Counted from the first letter of the stretch, positions 49,067 to 62,039 are shown. The stretch is DNA of 64,000 nucleotides from Marsupella aquatica (GCA_973895155.1 OZ316891.1:1603324-1667323); one strand, 5' to 3'. Made by a program: numbers and translations. The notes: a model not told the origin generated them from the sequence alone.

Positions 49067-52000
49067 TAGCTCCTAGCCATCTGGAGTCTTTAAAAAGGCA
49101 CACAAAAAATATAAAAGGCACCAAAAAGGAAATGAAATTTGAAACCATTAGTGTCTAGTTACTGTAGCTATCAAAATAACATTTTGGCTAACAAAATCTC
49201 CTGTTTGCTAGCAACATAAAATACCTCTTAAATACGTCTTAAATCATTTTGGATTTCAGTTCTGTAGCCGAGGACACAATTTGGCGAGGCACTATGTGTC
49301 GACTACTAGTGCAAATACATCAACATCTGGCAGCAAGGTAGGACATCTCTTTTGCAAAGCGTCATGTTGAGTCAAAACATGAATAGTTACCGGGTGACGA
49401 CAGCCCTTTATTATAGTCTCGTGGTTGAGCCCCGCTGCTGTTTGAAAAGGTCATTAATTACCATACATGAATCCTGGAGGTTCTGTTGAGTACACGTGAT
49501 CCCCCTGACCAGAGCGGACAAGCCCAAACAGAGACGCACACATCGTCCGGACGGTATTAAAGCTCTAGTGTCCATTCGTGCAGCCAAGTGATCGGAAGAT
49601 TGAGGATCTTATCATTTCAATTTCATACTAGAATGAAGGTTTCTGGACACAGAAAACAGATCTAACTTAACCTGTGTGAGGCAGATCAAAAGCTCCAGCC
49701 CTGCGGGTAATCACACGTCAAAATGTGGTAATATAGGTGTACCTCATTGATTTCAAGAAAAGGGCGAGGCTTATCATGCATGGAATGACGTAGTACACCC
49801 AGTATATATCATACTTCATACTTTGATGTACTCCAGACCTATTACTATCCAGGTCACTTCCCTATTACACGTGCTTGTTTCCAAGCGCAATCCAGGACAT
49901 ACAACAGGCGGTAAAGATAAAGATCTTTGATCTGGAAGAAATTTTACGCCCTACGTGATTGGTATCTCCTGACTACGTGGTTCTAAGATGCAGTTATGAT
50001 GCCACATGCAAATCACGAAGCGCAGACCAAGTCATCAAAGTATGTCTGCATGTATAGAAATTTAAGGCCATGTATAATTTATCTGTAGAGCTGCTGGCTT
50101 TCGGCTACTTCTGGGACTTGAAGGCAGGACATCAGCCACAGTAAAAGTATCCGGATCTTATTTTCTGACTTTCTTCGATGCTATGACCGTGTTCTCGATT
50201 GCCGATACCCCGACTGAAAGTCATACCGATACGTCCTCCACCGATACCCCGACTGAAAGTCATACTATACAGTGGCATTGAGATATTCCTCCACGCGATC
50301 TAGCTATGCCTCAAGCATGAACCATCATCTATTAGCGATTGTTTGGCAGAACTTTAGTTCGTACTCTGATGGGCCCCGAAATTGGACCCAGAACATATTG
50401 TTGAAAAGTATTGTCAAAACAATATGACTCTAAATCATATGACTCTAAATCATATGACTCCAAATCTTAGCTAGCGTGGCCACCAAAGCTTTGGTCATGG
50501 GCCTGTATATAGTACGTCAGCAAAATATCTTGGATGTAAAGAGGTGATGTAGCAGAAAATATGTCGGATATGACATAGGTGATATTAAGAAAGAGTACAA
50601 ATGGAAGAAAAGGAATTTACTCTGCAACGAACTTTCTCTAAAGAGCTATGTTCTGATTGCCGGTAGCCATTATACCAACAGCCATAACTGCTCGGCCTGA
50701 ACTGCACGTTGGGATCATTCTACTTGTCAATCCGCAAGCTAGATCGCCTGTACCGAATCTCACTGCCAGGCCATCGAGGTATATAATGCATGAATCAAGC
50801 TCGTACTGTAGCCCCTCTGAGAGCCCCTCTAACCGTGAATCCTATGACTGACTGTGTACTCTATTTCTTTACTGTATATATTAAATACAGCTTGAGGAGT
50901 TATCGTTATTTAGGATAAGATATATAAGAAGGATGATATGGTAATATGCAAGCCTAGTGGTTGGTGAGTCTTTTATTCCTGACATAAGCCCAGTTCAATA
51001 CGAATCATTAGATTTCGAATAACCCATGAATGAATCGGGTGTTCCGTCAATGCGCTCTAGAGTGGCTCAAATACAATTCCAGTAAGCTCACAATTGAGGC
51101 TTTGTAGTCACCCATTGGGGATGCCCTTTTTATTCAACCATTCTGGGATTGGTCAACATAACCTTAATTTCAGTAAAAGTGCTCTGACAAGCCCACGAGC
51201 ACTCACTACGTATCCTCCTCTGTTTGGGTATGGAAAGTGAAATTATTATCACACCACGCAACCTCCACCGTACCTATATCACGTCATAGTTTATGCAGTC
51301 GTATTTAGTCAGCGGAATTCATATATATTCGCCGTCAATTTTCGAGAGAAGCGTTTCTTAGTAGGCTAAGTAGGAGTAGTATCAGAGTATCAATGTATGT
51401 AGAAGAATACAGCTATGAAATGCAATGACTTCAACGAAGAAACGGATGAAAACAATAATCTCAAAAGTATTAGTACTGTACTTTACGACAGATGAACACA
51501 TGTGGGGCATCTCTAGCCTGTGCAGTAGTAATTTAGAATGGGATTCTGATTTATTGTCCCCTAAGACCGAAAGCAGATCCAACTTATTTTTGCCGTAAAT
51601 CGAGAGCAGACAACCGAGGATAGACGATGTACTCGGGGCCACACGAGTCTGTACGATAGCCACAAGAGGAGTACCAAGAGCCGCAAAGTGTCCCAGCCAG
51701 CGATTGAAGAGTAACCAGGACTCCCACCCACACAGATCCCCTCGCAACAGGATGACGTTGGTCAGAAAGTGGTTGTGACAAGAAGCCGCAATTCTGGATC
51801 GAAAAGCAACAATGTCACAACCCTGAGCACTACAGTACTTTGACAGAACTGAACGGGGGCCACCCCGGCAGCCATTTCTTTCTATTTCCCGATGATCCCG
51901 TAGATCTGGCATTACAAAAATGAAGCAAGGGAGATGACTACCTGTAGCCTTTATCCAGCCCTCGACAACGAGGCAGATAGTCTTCGCTGGGTGATCGACT

Positions 52001-53828
52001 TACAAGGCTTCGATTGTCTTCGAGTGCCAGAATTGCCAGTAGAGCTAGCCTCAACACTGTAATCATGTTTTCTGCACGAACAACGACCATAACACGTACA
52101 GCTTGAAGAGCCGACTGCACGATAGGTAATTCAGCTGCCCAAGAATCAATTGGATGCACGGAGATCAAAGTGAAATGTCGATTTTTGGGCCTGAAGGACT
52201 CTACTAAATCGCAGCTTGGAGCAATGATAATTCATCAGTTAGCTGTATTCCTTTACAATTCTTCAGATTCCAGCCTATGGTTTCCAGCAGTCGGACCTTG
52301 GACTGCTGCCGGAATCATTGCCATCCGGCTGGACCCTGTTTCGATGTATAGAAGGTGTACGTCCATGCGAGACTGCCAACATGTGCAGCCTATCTATTGA
52401 ATACATGAGACAATTCGTAGCAGGATGACATTTATTGAACTCGGAAGTTACCTCCAGGGCCACAGGTATGCACTTTAAAACAGATGGTGGGTGATCTCAT
52501 GTTTGCAAATGTTGCTAATGAGGTTACCAAGTATTGACTCTTCAGCGTTTTCCCCACGGAAGGGAGCAAACAGTAGGCCTTGCAGTAAGGGGCACCAACC
52601 TATGGTTCAGCTGCACTAAGATTCGATATGCGTGCTGAATTGTATTTACTGGCCGATCTTCGCAAAACTTCCATGTTCTTCCAGTACAGTCACGTGCTTT
52701 CTATGTCCCACAGTTGACTCATGTCTCCAATTTTCGCCCAAGAAATCTAACATCGTACCCTTGCGGGTCGTCAGCTACGTACTGAGTAGTGTACAGAAAA
52801 GGAATTTCTTTTTTTAGTCTTTTTGTATTTGTATTGGTGTTCACTCTTCTGTCTGTCCTGATCCATCATTAAGTTTTGCTGCCTTTCCGGGTCAATATAT
52901 TCCGTTAAAACTATCAACCTGAAATTGAAAGTATATCATCTGTTCACAGAAGGCCTCCTCACTGATCGAATTCTGCGACTTCCGCAAAGTTAGGCTGTGA
53001 TCTCGTGTCGGCCACTTTAAAGGATACGTGTATCGAGAGCAGGATCTTCCGGAAGTAAAATGTTGCCATGGCCAATATCACTGAAACTTCCCAGAACCAT
53101 TAAGAGCAGAATCTCCCTCCCGGAAGCCAAATGTTGCCATGGCCAGCATTACTGAAACTTCGCAAAATCGAGCTCTTGGGAAATCTTTTGAACTCACGTG
53201 CACCAGTGTATTATGGTAACTCTGATTCAAGAAAAGTCATTTAACTCGCAAAGAATCTGAATGTGACAGTTGATTCAGACAACAAAAATTTGACGCATTA
53301 GAAAAAAAGAAATACGGGAGACACTGGCAGTCGCTTCCATTGCTTCTCAGAATCATGACGTAAAAAGATCTGAATGCCCGAGACAGTAGTGGCCGGCCGA
53401 CGTAATTATTTGGAGCCATTTCCTTAAGGCCCAAAATTCTTGAACTGCAGAAACAGAGGCAGAAACAGCCCCTTGCACTAGAAAGTTTTCGTGGTGCGTT
53501 GGTTGGAAGGGGGTTTGCAGGCCAATCATGGGGATGGAGATGACGTAAATGCAAAGGAGACCCCTGGAGACCTTCGTGCCTGCGATTCAGTAAGTTTTTC
53601 TATAATTTCTCTTCCTAGGTGCCACTAATTTCCCAACATCCGAGTCCACAATACATGCCCTACGAGTCATTACTTTGAACACCACTCTATGACAAGTTGA
53701 CCAGCAGATGGCCATTGGTTCTACTTCGGATCGAAAACTCCTGCAGGCAAACTGTCGTGGTACCTAGCCTGGAGGTTCATCGAAGAGCAGATTGAAAGAC
53801 GTTCACCATCAGAACGGTCATTATCAGT

Positions 53829-55396
53829 ATTTTACCAGGTGGTCATTTATGGTATATCGAGCCATGGATATGCAGCTAAGACTGCCAACCTATGGTCTAC
53901 GCGCACCATGGTTGGCCTGGAGATAGTTCATCGAATATCAGCGGAAGATTGATTCCGGAAGATTCAGCTTCTCTATTTCACCTGCAGGCCATTCCTGGTG
54001 TCTGGAGCCATAGATTTTGCAGCGATGACTGCCAACCTATGGTCTCCATGTACCACGGGTGGCCTGGAGATCAGTCATAAAAAAGCAGGGGTCACAATGT
54101 CGTTCAGAAGTCTCGTCGGCATTTTACCTGCAGGTCATTCGTGGTGTCTGGAGCCATAGGTTTTGCAGCGAAAACTGCCAACCTATGGTCTCCATGTACC
54201 ATGTTTGGCCTGGAGGTAATTCATGAAAGGGCGGCGGACGATGTACTCCTGTAGAAGATTCATCTTCTGTGTTTAACCTGCAGGTCAGTCATGGTGTTAG
54301 GAGCCATAGGTTTTGCAGCGACGACTGCCAACCTATGGTCTCCATGTACCATGATTGGCCTGGAGATAATTGGTCGAGAGTTAGCAGAAAATGTATTCCT
54401 TGAAAGATATATCGATGGTATTTTATCTGCAGACCATTCATGGTGTCTGGAGCCATAGATTTTGCAGCGATAAACTGCCAACCTATGGTCTCCATGTACC
54501 AGGGTTGGCCTGGAGATAACTGGTATTACCATAAAATGTACTCCCTGAGAGCATGTATAGCCGATATTTTACCTGCAGACCATTCATGGTGTCTGGAGCC
54601 ATAGATTTTGCAGCGATGAACTGCCAACCTATGGTCTCCATGTACCAGGGTTGGCCTACAGATAATTGGTCTAAGATTGGCATAGAATGTACTCCTCCAG
54701 AAGAATTATCACGGGTACATATGTTAGCTGCAGGCCATCCATGGTATCTGGAGCCATAGATTTTGCAGCTACGAAATGCCAACCTATGGTCTCCATGTAC
54801 CAGGGTTGGCCTGAAGATAATTGGTCGACGACTAGCAGATAATGTACTCTCCCCAAAGGTTCATCACCGATATTAATTTTATCTGCAGGCCGTTCATGGT
54901 GTCCGGAGCCATAGGTTTTGCAGCAACGAACTACCAACCTATGGTCTCCATGTACCAGGATTGGCCTGGAGATAATTGATCGCAGATTGGCAGAGAATGT
55001 ACTACTACAGGAGATTTATCACCGGCATTTGTACCTACAGGCCATTCATGGTGTCTGGAGCCATAGATTTTGCAGCGATGAACTGCCAACCTATGGTCTC
55101 CATGTACCAGGGTTGGCCTGAAGATAATTGGTCAAAGATTAGCAGAGAATATATGAATCGAGAAGATTTATCGCCTGCATTTTACCTGCAGGCCATTCAT
55201 GGTGTCTGTAGCCATAGGTTTCGCAGCGAGGACTCCACAGATCACATGGAGATTAGTCTTGAAGAGCAGTCGTAACAACCAGTGAGGAAATTCGTGGTCA
55301 GCATTTTACCTGCAGGTCATTTTTAGGTGTCTAGAGCCACAGATTTTGCGTCGAAGACTGCCCACCTGTAGTTTCCATGTACCATGCTTGGCCTGG
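53829..55396 (+). ncRNA. Tandem array of 11 pre-miRNA-like hairpins with divergent linkers (putative polycistronic MIRNA)
   Basis: Units start at 53829, 53975, 54121, 54271, 54420, 54566, 54721, 54876, 55027, 55179, 55303. Each folds as CAGGCCA..ATGGT..TGGAG-CCATAG..GCAG-loop-CTGC..CTATGG-CTCCA..ACCA..TGGCCTG. The repeat is certain; the RNA function is inferred. Confidence 0.65.
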
Positions 55397-55796
55397 GGGA
55401 GTTTATTTCACCAACAAAGCTTCTTCGTACACTTGGCTGGAACAGTACGACGAGAACAATGAAATTCCGATGGCAGAATTGTTTTCTCTGGAACATCTGT
55501 ACTTACTTACTAAAGCTCATGCTGACGATACTAGAATAGATTGGGGAGGATCTTTCCGTTTTCACATGCAACTTGGAGATCGACCTCGAAATTGATGAAT
55601 GCTTCTGTTTCTACGAATGAATCTGCTCAAATTTAATACAGGGCCACACGTAAGGTTTAATGAACCCAGCTCGGTTCTTGTATTGCTGCTCCATTTATAA
55701 GAAAAACAACCAAGAAAATTTACCCGAACATTGACCGATTAAGTTGTTGCCGTCGACGACGCTTTCCTGGAATCCATCGCGAGCAACATTTCTGTT

Positions 55797-56091
55797 GGCC
55801 AGTCATGGTGTATGGAGATCACAGCGTTGCAGAGAATGGTACAATGGCATCTTGTGACTCGACATAATGAGTAGTATCTGATAGAGAGCGATGCAAAAAA
55901 AATAGCAGCTACGAATGTGTACAAAACGAAACAGATGGCCATTGCATCAACTGAAATTGTTCATGTGAAATCCGATCTGCGTCGCTGCATTCGCATTAGA
56001 AAAAGCAGGATTCTTTCTTTTCGTATCCTTGAAGAGCAGAATTTGATCTTGTGAAGTGCAAATCTATGGTCTCCATGTACCATAGCTAGCC
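55797..56091 (+). ncRNA. Long-loop member of the same hairpin family
   Basis: 5' arm 55797-55831 pairs with 3' arm 56057-56091 across ~225 nt. The 3' arm keeps CTATGGTCTCCATGTACCA exactly. Confidence 0.55.
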
Positions 56092-59000
56092 TGAAGAACA
56101 TCTCGTCCCGCTCATCACCTCTGCATCTGTCCCACCAATTCCATCGTCAGTTGCACGTATACGAACGTACGAGGGTTATGAATGTTGCGATGTTCCTCTG
56201 CATAGTAATAATAATGCGACTCAATATGAGCGAAGAGCGGGGCCGATAAGCCATCAGGCTCGTTTGAGAGCTCACGATCTACGGATCTAGAGATCTACGC
56301 AAAGCCGAATCCGACACCTCTTAATGGAGGTATCTAAGCAACAAATACGACATGTCCAATGATACTGGGGTGACTTGACGCAAGTGCGGTAGTAGACTTG
56401 GCTGCGAGCATTGATGGCTCAAAGGAGACTACAGGTGGCTCAGCAGAGAAGACGCTAAATGATTGAGCATGAAAGCTGTGAATACGACGACTGTTTCGAG
56501 GGTCTTCAACACTCCACCCATTGATGTATTGAGGGGGTAGAGACCAACTATTTATATGCTTGCTGGGTCCCGGGAAAGGCCCCTTCTGCAGACCTTTTGT
56601 AGGACCTTTCAATATTTACTGTAAACGGGTGCCAGCAGTAACAGCTCTGGAACAGACCCTGGCATTCCATTTCAAATAGAAAATTAACCCTCGATCCGCT
56701 AGACTCCAATCCACACAGGTGATTATTTGTCTAGGGCGAGCTGAAGTCAGCATTGTGTTTGGCTTAAAAGAAGTAATTGTCTTCTGCTACAAACCAAGCC
56801 CAATCTAATATCATTAGAATTGGACTGTAGTATCCTAACGAACCAATCTGACGGGGTTGACTAAGCATCCAAAGGTCCAATGACTACAGTAAAGAGTGAA
56901 AGAATAATAGGCAGCTAATCATCGGAGACTCATCAAAGACTCATCAGTGATTACAACAGCCAGGTTACATGATGCCATGACTCCATGAAGGTTGGAGAGA
57001 TGCCCGGAGTGCTATTTATTTAAAGCTAAAATAATCACAAGAGCATCATCAATGTTTCATGCGTGTTGAATACTCTGGGAGAGAATGCTCTGAGATCGTG
57101 ATTGGGCACAGAAGGACACTTACAATAGTTAGCAAATTGTTCCGATCGAATGAACCGGTTCGACAAACCCGTTTCTGCTGTATTACCAGAGTTGTACTGG
57201 AGTAATGTTAAGCGGGTGTGCAACCAAAAAAACCGTGAGGAGTTGATAGTGTACTCTCCCTCTCGCTTCATCTTGACCAAGTTTGCAATTCCAGTTTTGT
57301 CTTTTGTCAGTGTCGAGAAACCTCCAAGATTCACGGCTCCCTAATAACAAGCCAGCTTCGATGCGAAGATGTGGCGTCCTGACATATACCGTCCCCCAAG
57401 ACAGGGAAACTTTTGTTCTGACCCTATACCTGGTAAAAGGCTAGTTACCGGTGGAGCCCGCGTTTGCAACTTGGCACCGATCTAGAATTGTCCAAGGCAG
57501 CAATCTGGAATTTCGGAGCACGCGCATCACAAGACTGTCTTATGCGGAAATCAGGAAGACCTCCTCAGGCTGTTCTGCAGGCTTTCTGTTGTGTCACTGG
57601 CCAGATTCGCACATCAGGACTTCGACATTCATACGGAACGACATCCCATGTTTACCAACTAATTATAAATCAACATTTTTAATGTCTCTGGCCTCATTGT
57701 TGTCGATAGGGTTTTCGACATCGGGTACATTATTTGGTGAGCATCCACTTCCAACTCTACGGTAGTTGACAAACCAATGACACATAGAAAAGATGAACAC
57801 AAGAGTCCTTAAACTCCAAGAAGGGCAAAGCGTCAAACAGGCAATGGGTTTTCAATGCTGTCGTTGCTCCTTTACCTTTCCGTGTTGCATGCAAACCAAA
57901 GTTCAATGTGCAATTACAGTTGTCTAAACTGTAATGTGCACACTAAACTTGTTGCCTTTCCAGAACTACCTGGTTGACTTTTATTAAATTGCACCGACTG
58001 CCATCTTTGGATAGAGGATTGCTCTTTCCATCTCAATGATTATTTTCCATTTTTCTTCGCCAATGAGAGAGCATATTACAACTTTCATGAGATTTCACCT
58101 TTAGACATTGGATGCTGCATCCAAAAGGATATCACACTAAACCTCTGGCTAATTGGACAATCACCAGATATTATGAACTCACTTTCCTCTGTCATTTGTG
58201 GTGGGGCTAGCTATAAGCAATCATGGTCAACTCTGTTGGTTACTCCATATGGAGACACAATCATATCGTGAAAGATTTTTAAAAGTGTTTCTGCACACGT
58301 CTCAATTAGATACATCCAAAACTCATCCTGTTGATAGTCCTCAACTAATGATGGACGTGGATATTTCTACCATGGGATGGCCTTTCCGTATGAGAAAGTG
58401 TTTTTTAGGGTCGTTTTTTTCGTTGCGGGCAACTATTGTACTAATGTACTCGGTAAGAGGTAAGCCGAAAATAATTCCAAAAGAATCAAGAACGGTGGGC
58501 CTACACAAAACTGATGGGAGGGAAAAGTATGGTCACCAGGAAATGTATGTTTATGTTTTCAAACAGAGTAGGAACACGGGAGGAGCTTGCTACGTGGCGA
58601 GGTCAGCAACAAAAGTTAAACGAATCAAAATGAGTAATTAAGTAAATTCAGTAGTCTGTATTTGCCGTCCACCCGAGTTGTCAAAATCCATGGGCACTGC
58701 ATTCAGGCAAATTCAGAAGTTCACCCAGGCTTTATTTCCAATGGACCAAAGCAGAAACTTCAAAGATATTTTTTCAATTATGAGTAAAAGGGGTTTTTAG
58801 GGATTCCCTATTGCTCATTTTTTATTTTTAGTTCCTCTTTGTTGGTGTTTAGTGTTTCTTTTTTGCTCACTTTTTTTTTCGATTGGTTTTGTCTATTTGG
58901 GCCCTCTTTTGTTTGTTCATTTGTATTCTGATTGGTCCCTTTCTATATAAAAAGTGTATATATTTGACTGTAAAAGCCTGATATAGTCAAGAAGTGTAAA

Positions 59001-59749
59001 GGCAGGTTTGGGGATTTCTCCTGGATTAGAAAGCAAACCTTTGTCGTCCAGTGAATTGAATCCCAAGTACTGTTGTATTTAATTCATTTTAAGTCATGGT
59101 TGGCAATATTCGCTCGTTAAGGAGGCGAGAAGCATGCCCTGCACCAAACTTGAGAATCCATTATTCTGTCGAGGCCGCAAACAAACGAGGTTCGCAAGGT
59201 GACACACAACGACATCCCTACCTATAGACATATGCTCCCGCGTGAGTGATCGCGGACGACTACTCGTCCCACGAGGTAGAAATCAGTTCACTGACCAAAA
59301 AGGCTACCTGTCGTCTTGGAAAGTCTACTCACGTACAGTGTATGACGCGATAGGGCGATAGGCCACGTGATCTTCACTCGCCAGTTCGATGTTGGATATC
59401 CCCTCAGTGAAACCAACAACAAGTCATAAACTGCTGTCAATGTTCATCCTTGCAAGGCGCACTGCTACGCTTGGACATGAGTACATGACGTCTACCAGAT
59501 CTCTCACCAAGGCAATCCTGTACCAGTTTACCAACGGAGATGGCGACTGCCTCGCAGAAGGGTGGGAATCACTGAACGACTGAACTACCGCCAGGCCTGA
59601 AATCGTAACATGGCACTCCAGATTCCAGAGCTAGGACCGTCCTACATAGCGACATTTTCATTTCTGATTGAAGTTTTAGACGTTGGGTATTGTCATGGGC
59701 CCCAAAATGGACTCAGTGACATCTCTACACTCACAACATAACCCACGAC

Positions 59750-60208
59750 AAAGCATTTGCGACACGCAAACCAAGTGGGAATATAAACAAGGATATATTT
59801 GTGACTTGCGAACTAAGTGAGAATATATATCACGACAGTGTTTGTGACCCGCAAACCAAGTGGGAATATAAACAGAGACAGAATACCTGTGACCCGCAAA
59901 CCAAGTGAGAATATAAACCACGACAGTGAATTTGGACCGATAACCAAGTCAGAACATAAACCATAAACCAAGACAAATATTTGAAACTTGCCAACAAAGT
60001 CAAAGCATAACCAAGACAAGTTATTTGTGACCAGTAAGCCAGGTGGTCCAAATGAATGTCTGTCTTGGTTTGTGTTCAGAGTAGGTGCATATTTAATGTG
60101 TAATCAAAAATGGCCCAAGAACTTATTCTCCAACGTATTGTCCGCCTATCGTGACCACATATTTTTTTATCACAATACTGTGTGGTCACGATTTTTTGTC
60201 ATGTAGTG
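59750..60208. mobile_element. Truncated CACTA (En/Spm) element end with ~44-bp subterminal repeats
   Basis: Terminus reverse-complements to CACTACATGACAAAAAATCGTGACC. About 7 copies of TTTGTGACCCGCAAACCAAGTGGGAATATAAAC-like units. The partner end was not found. Confidence 0.65.
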
Positions 60209-60482
60209 ATACTATAATGAGTTTTACAGTATCTCGGAAGCAAAATGTAGAAGTTAATTTAATTCTCCCATGATTAAAATATTGTGACTTGAAAGGTCAA
60301 TACTGCACATATAGCAGACTGCGAATAATTACAGCAGCACTACGGTAGGCATGGGGGACTTAAAAGTCAATCTTGTGCTGGCATTATTATCAAATCTAAC
60401 ATCTCTTGCCATCAGTATTCTATAAAATCAATTAAAGCACTGTACGTACTATACAATGATAAACGATCTGTATGGAATTAAA

Positions 60483-62039
60483 ATATATATATATTAAATG
60501 AAGGTAGATTTAGCCCTCAATATGAAGAGTTTTGAGTACAGATCAGCTTATCATAGGAACACGAGCCCAATGCCAATGCGTTGCACTGTGCAAGGAGGGT
60601 CGGTTCCATAGGGAGAAAGCGCATGGAATGTAAAGGTGGGAAGGGAGGCGAGCGAGGCAGGCAGCCAGGAGGGCACGAAGCCCTATGCACAGAAAGGAGG
60701 CGTGGCGAGGCAGGGCCCGAAGCCCTATGCACGGAAGGGAGCAATTACGTGGGTCTGCGCCTGCCCGCGTGCGTCGTTCCTGGCATGCGTGTCTCGTTAA
60801 ACGATCAGATGGATACAAAAAAAGAGATGCTTTAATCTTACGGTTCAGTTTCATTCCCGCTGATATTCAAATTCATAACGGGACAATGGACGAAAGTGGC
60901 CAAATGGGCGGGATTGCCTATTATAGTGTTAGATGGTTTCAAACGTCTAGGTGCATTCTTGGCAACTCAACCTGAAATTTCTGCTAAGCTATGGTTGGAA
61001 GATTTTATACATGATTGGTTGGTGGACCTCAGAAATAAAAATCCTAAAGAATGTAAGTCCATAATTAATTTATGCAAAAGAAGAATATGTGGACAGGGAC
61101 GGGGACAAGCTAGGGACCAACAAAAACAATTTCGAAAAGGAGAATGTCAAATGAGTGATTAAAAAATCTGATTCCAAAATTCACAAGAAAATAGAAACTA
61201 TAAATTCCAGTAAGAAACATTATTTTGAATTGCAAGTGTCACTGCAAAATGAAAATAAAGCTTGGATGGACCAAGGGGTTTACAATTTGGACTTCAGCAC
61301 TGACTCAGAACATCCAAATCTGCACTGACTCAGAACATCCAAATCTGCTCGGATGCATGCTGCAGATCCCGCAAACTAAAAGTGTCCTTCATAAAAGTGA
61401 AACTTCTTCACAAAAGTGTTAATTTATAATATTTGATTATCTTTGCACTCATTGTCCCTTCATAAAAGTGAAGTTTGTTCACAAAAGAGTGTTAATTTAT
61501 AATATTTGATTATCTTTGCACTAATAAGCAATGGACCAAATGGTTTAAGAACAAAATTGAAACTTTGTCAAGTACTAGATTGGACATCACAAAACATGCT
61601 GAACTGACATTGAGGTCCAACAATTGTTTAAATAAACTCGCACCAAACGTTTCTTGTGCCAAAGTTGTGCGAACAGTCAAGAGTTCGCAACTGCTGGATG
61701 TGCGAAAGTCGCGAACAGTCAAGAGTCTGATTTAAAATATTTAAATGACTCCAGGGATTAGGATGGACACTAAACAGTGAGTGAATTTGTTTTGTGGTTC
61801 CGCCTACAGCTCTGCTCCTAGCCAACTCATATTACTACTGTAAGATTGTCGCTTGACAGCGGCTGACTGTTTTGCCCAACCTTTTCAAAACTAAAACTCT
61901 TTTGACCTCAATCCTCAACTCGTAGTCCAAATGAGTACTTGGCTTTTGTTTCTTTTATTGCATCGGTCCTTGAGAGGCCCACCAGTTTGAGAGAAACTGA
62001 CCGATTAGGGTGCGAACTTAGAAGTGAGAACTCGACTAG
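60483..62039 (+). mobile_element. Possible non-autonomous Helitron-like remnant
   Basis: Starts TATATATATATTAAATGAAG, ends in CTAG|T after a degenerate hairpin, and has several internal duplications (~60670/60715, ~61300/61325, ~61385/61455). Weak evidence. Confidence 0.25.

Noticed and set aside
51382-52463. ORFs of 62-176 aa on both strands
   Set aside because: No motifs; lengths are compatible with chance.
53829-55396. CRISPR-like or guide-array reading of the repeat/linker structure
   Set aside because: The repeats are ~95 bp, the linkers are homologous to each other (e.g. GCAGA.AATGTACT) rather than unique spacers, no cas-like gene is nearby, and the DNA is plant nuclear.
53892-55595. 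Repetitive short ORFs on both strands (CQPMVSMY.., WYMETIGW..)
   Set aside because: Unit lengths are mostly not multiples of 3, the frames shift and stops recur; these ORFs are by-products of the repeat.
56120-56138. Partial likeness to bryophyte miR1030 (TCTGCATCTG..)
   Set aside because: Only about 10 contiguous nt match and no pairing arm is evident.
57760-58641. Possible hAT transposase relic
   Set aside because: Only a faint, frameshift-dependent WK..YP.MA likeness and no TIR or TSD found.
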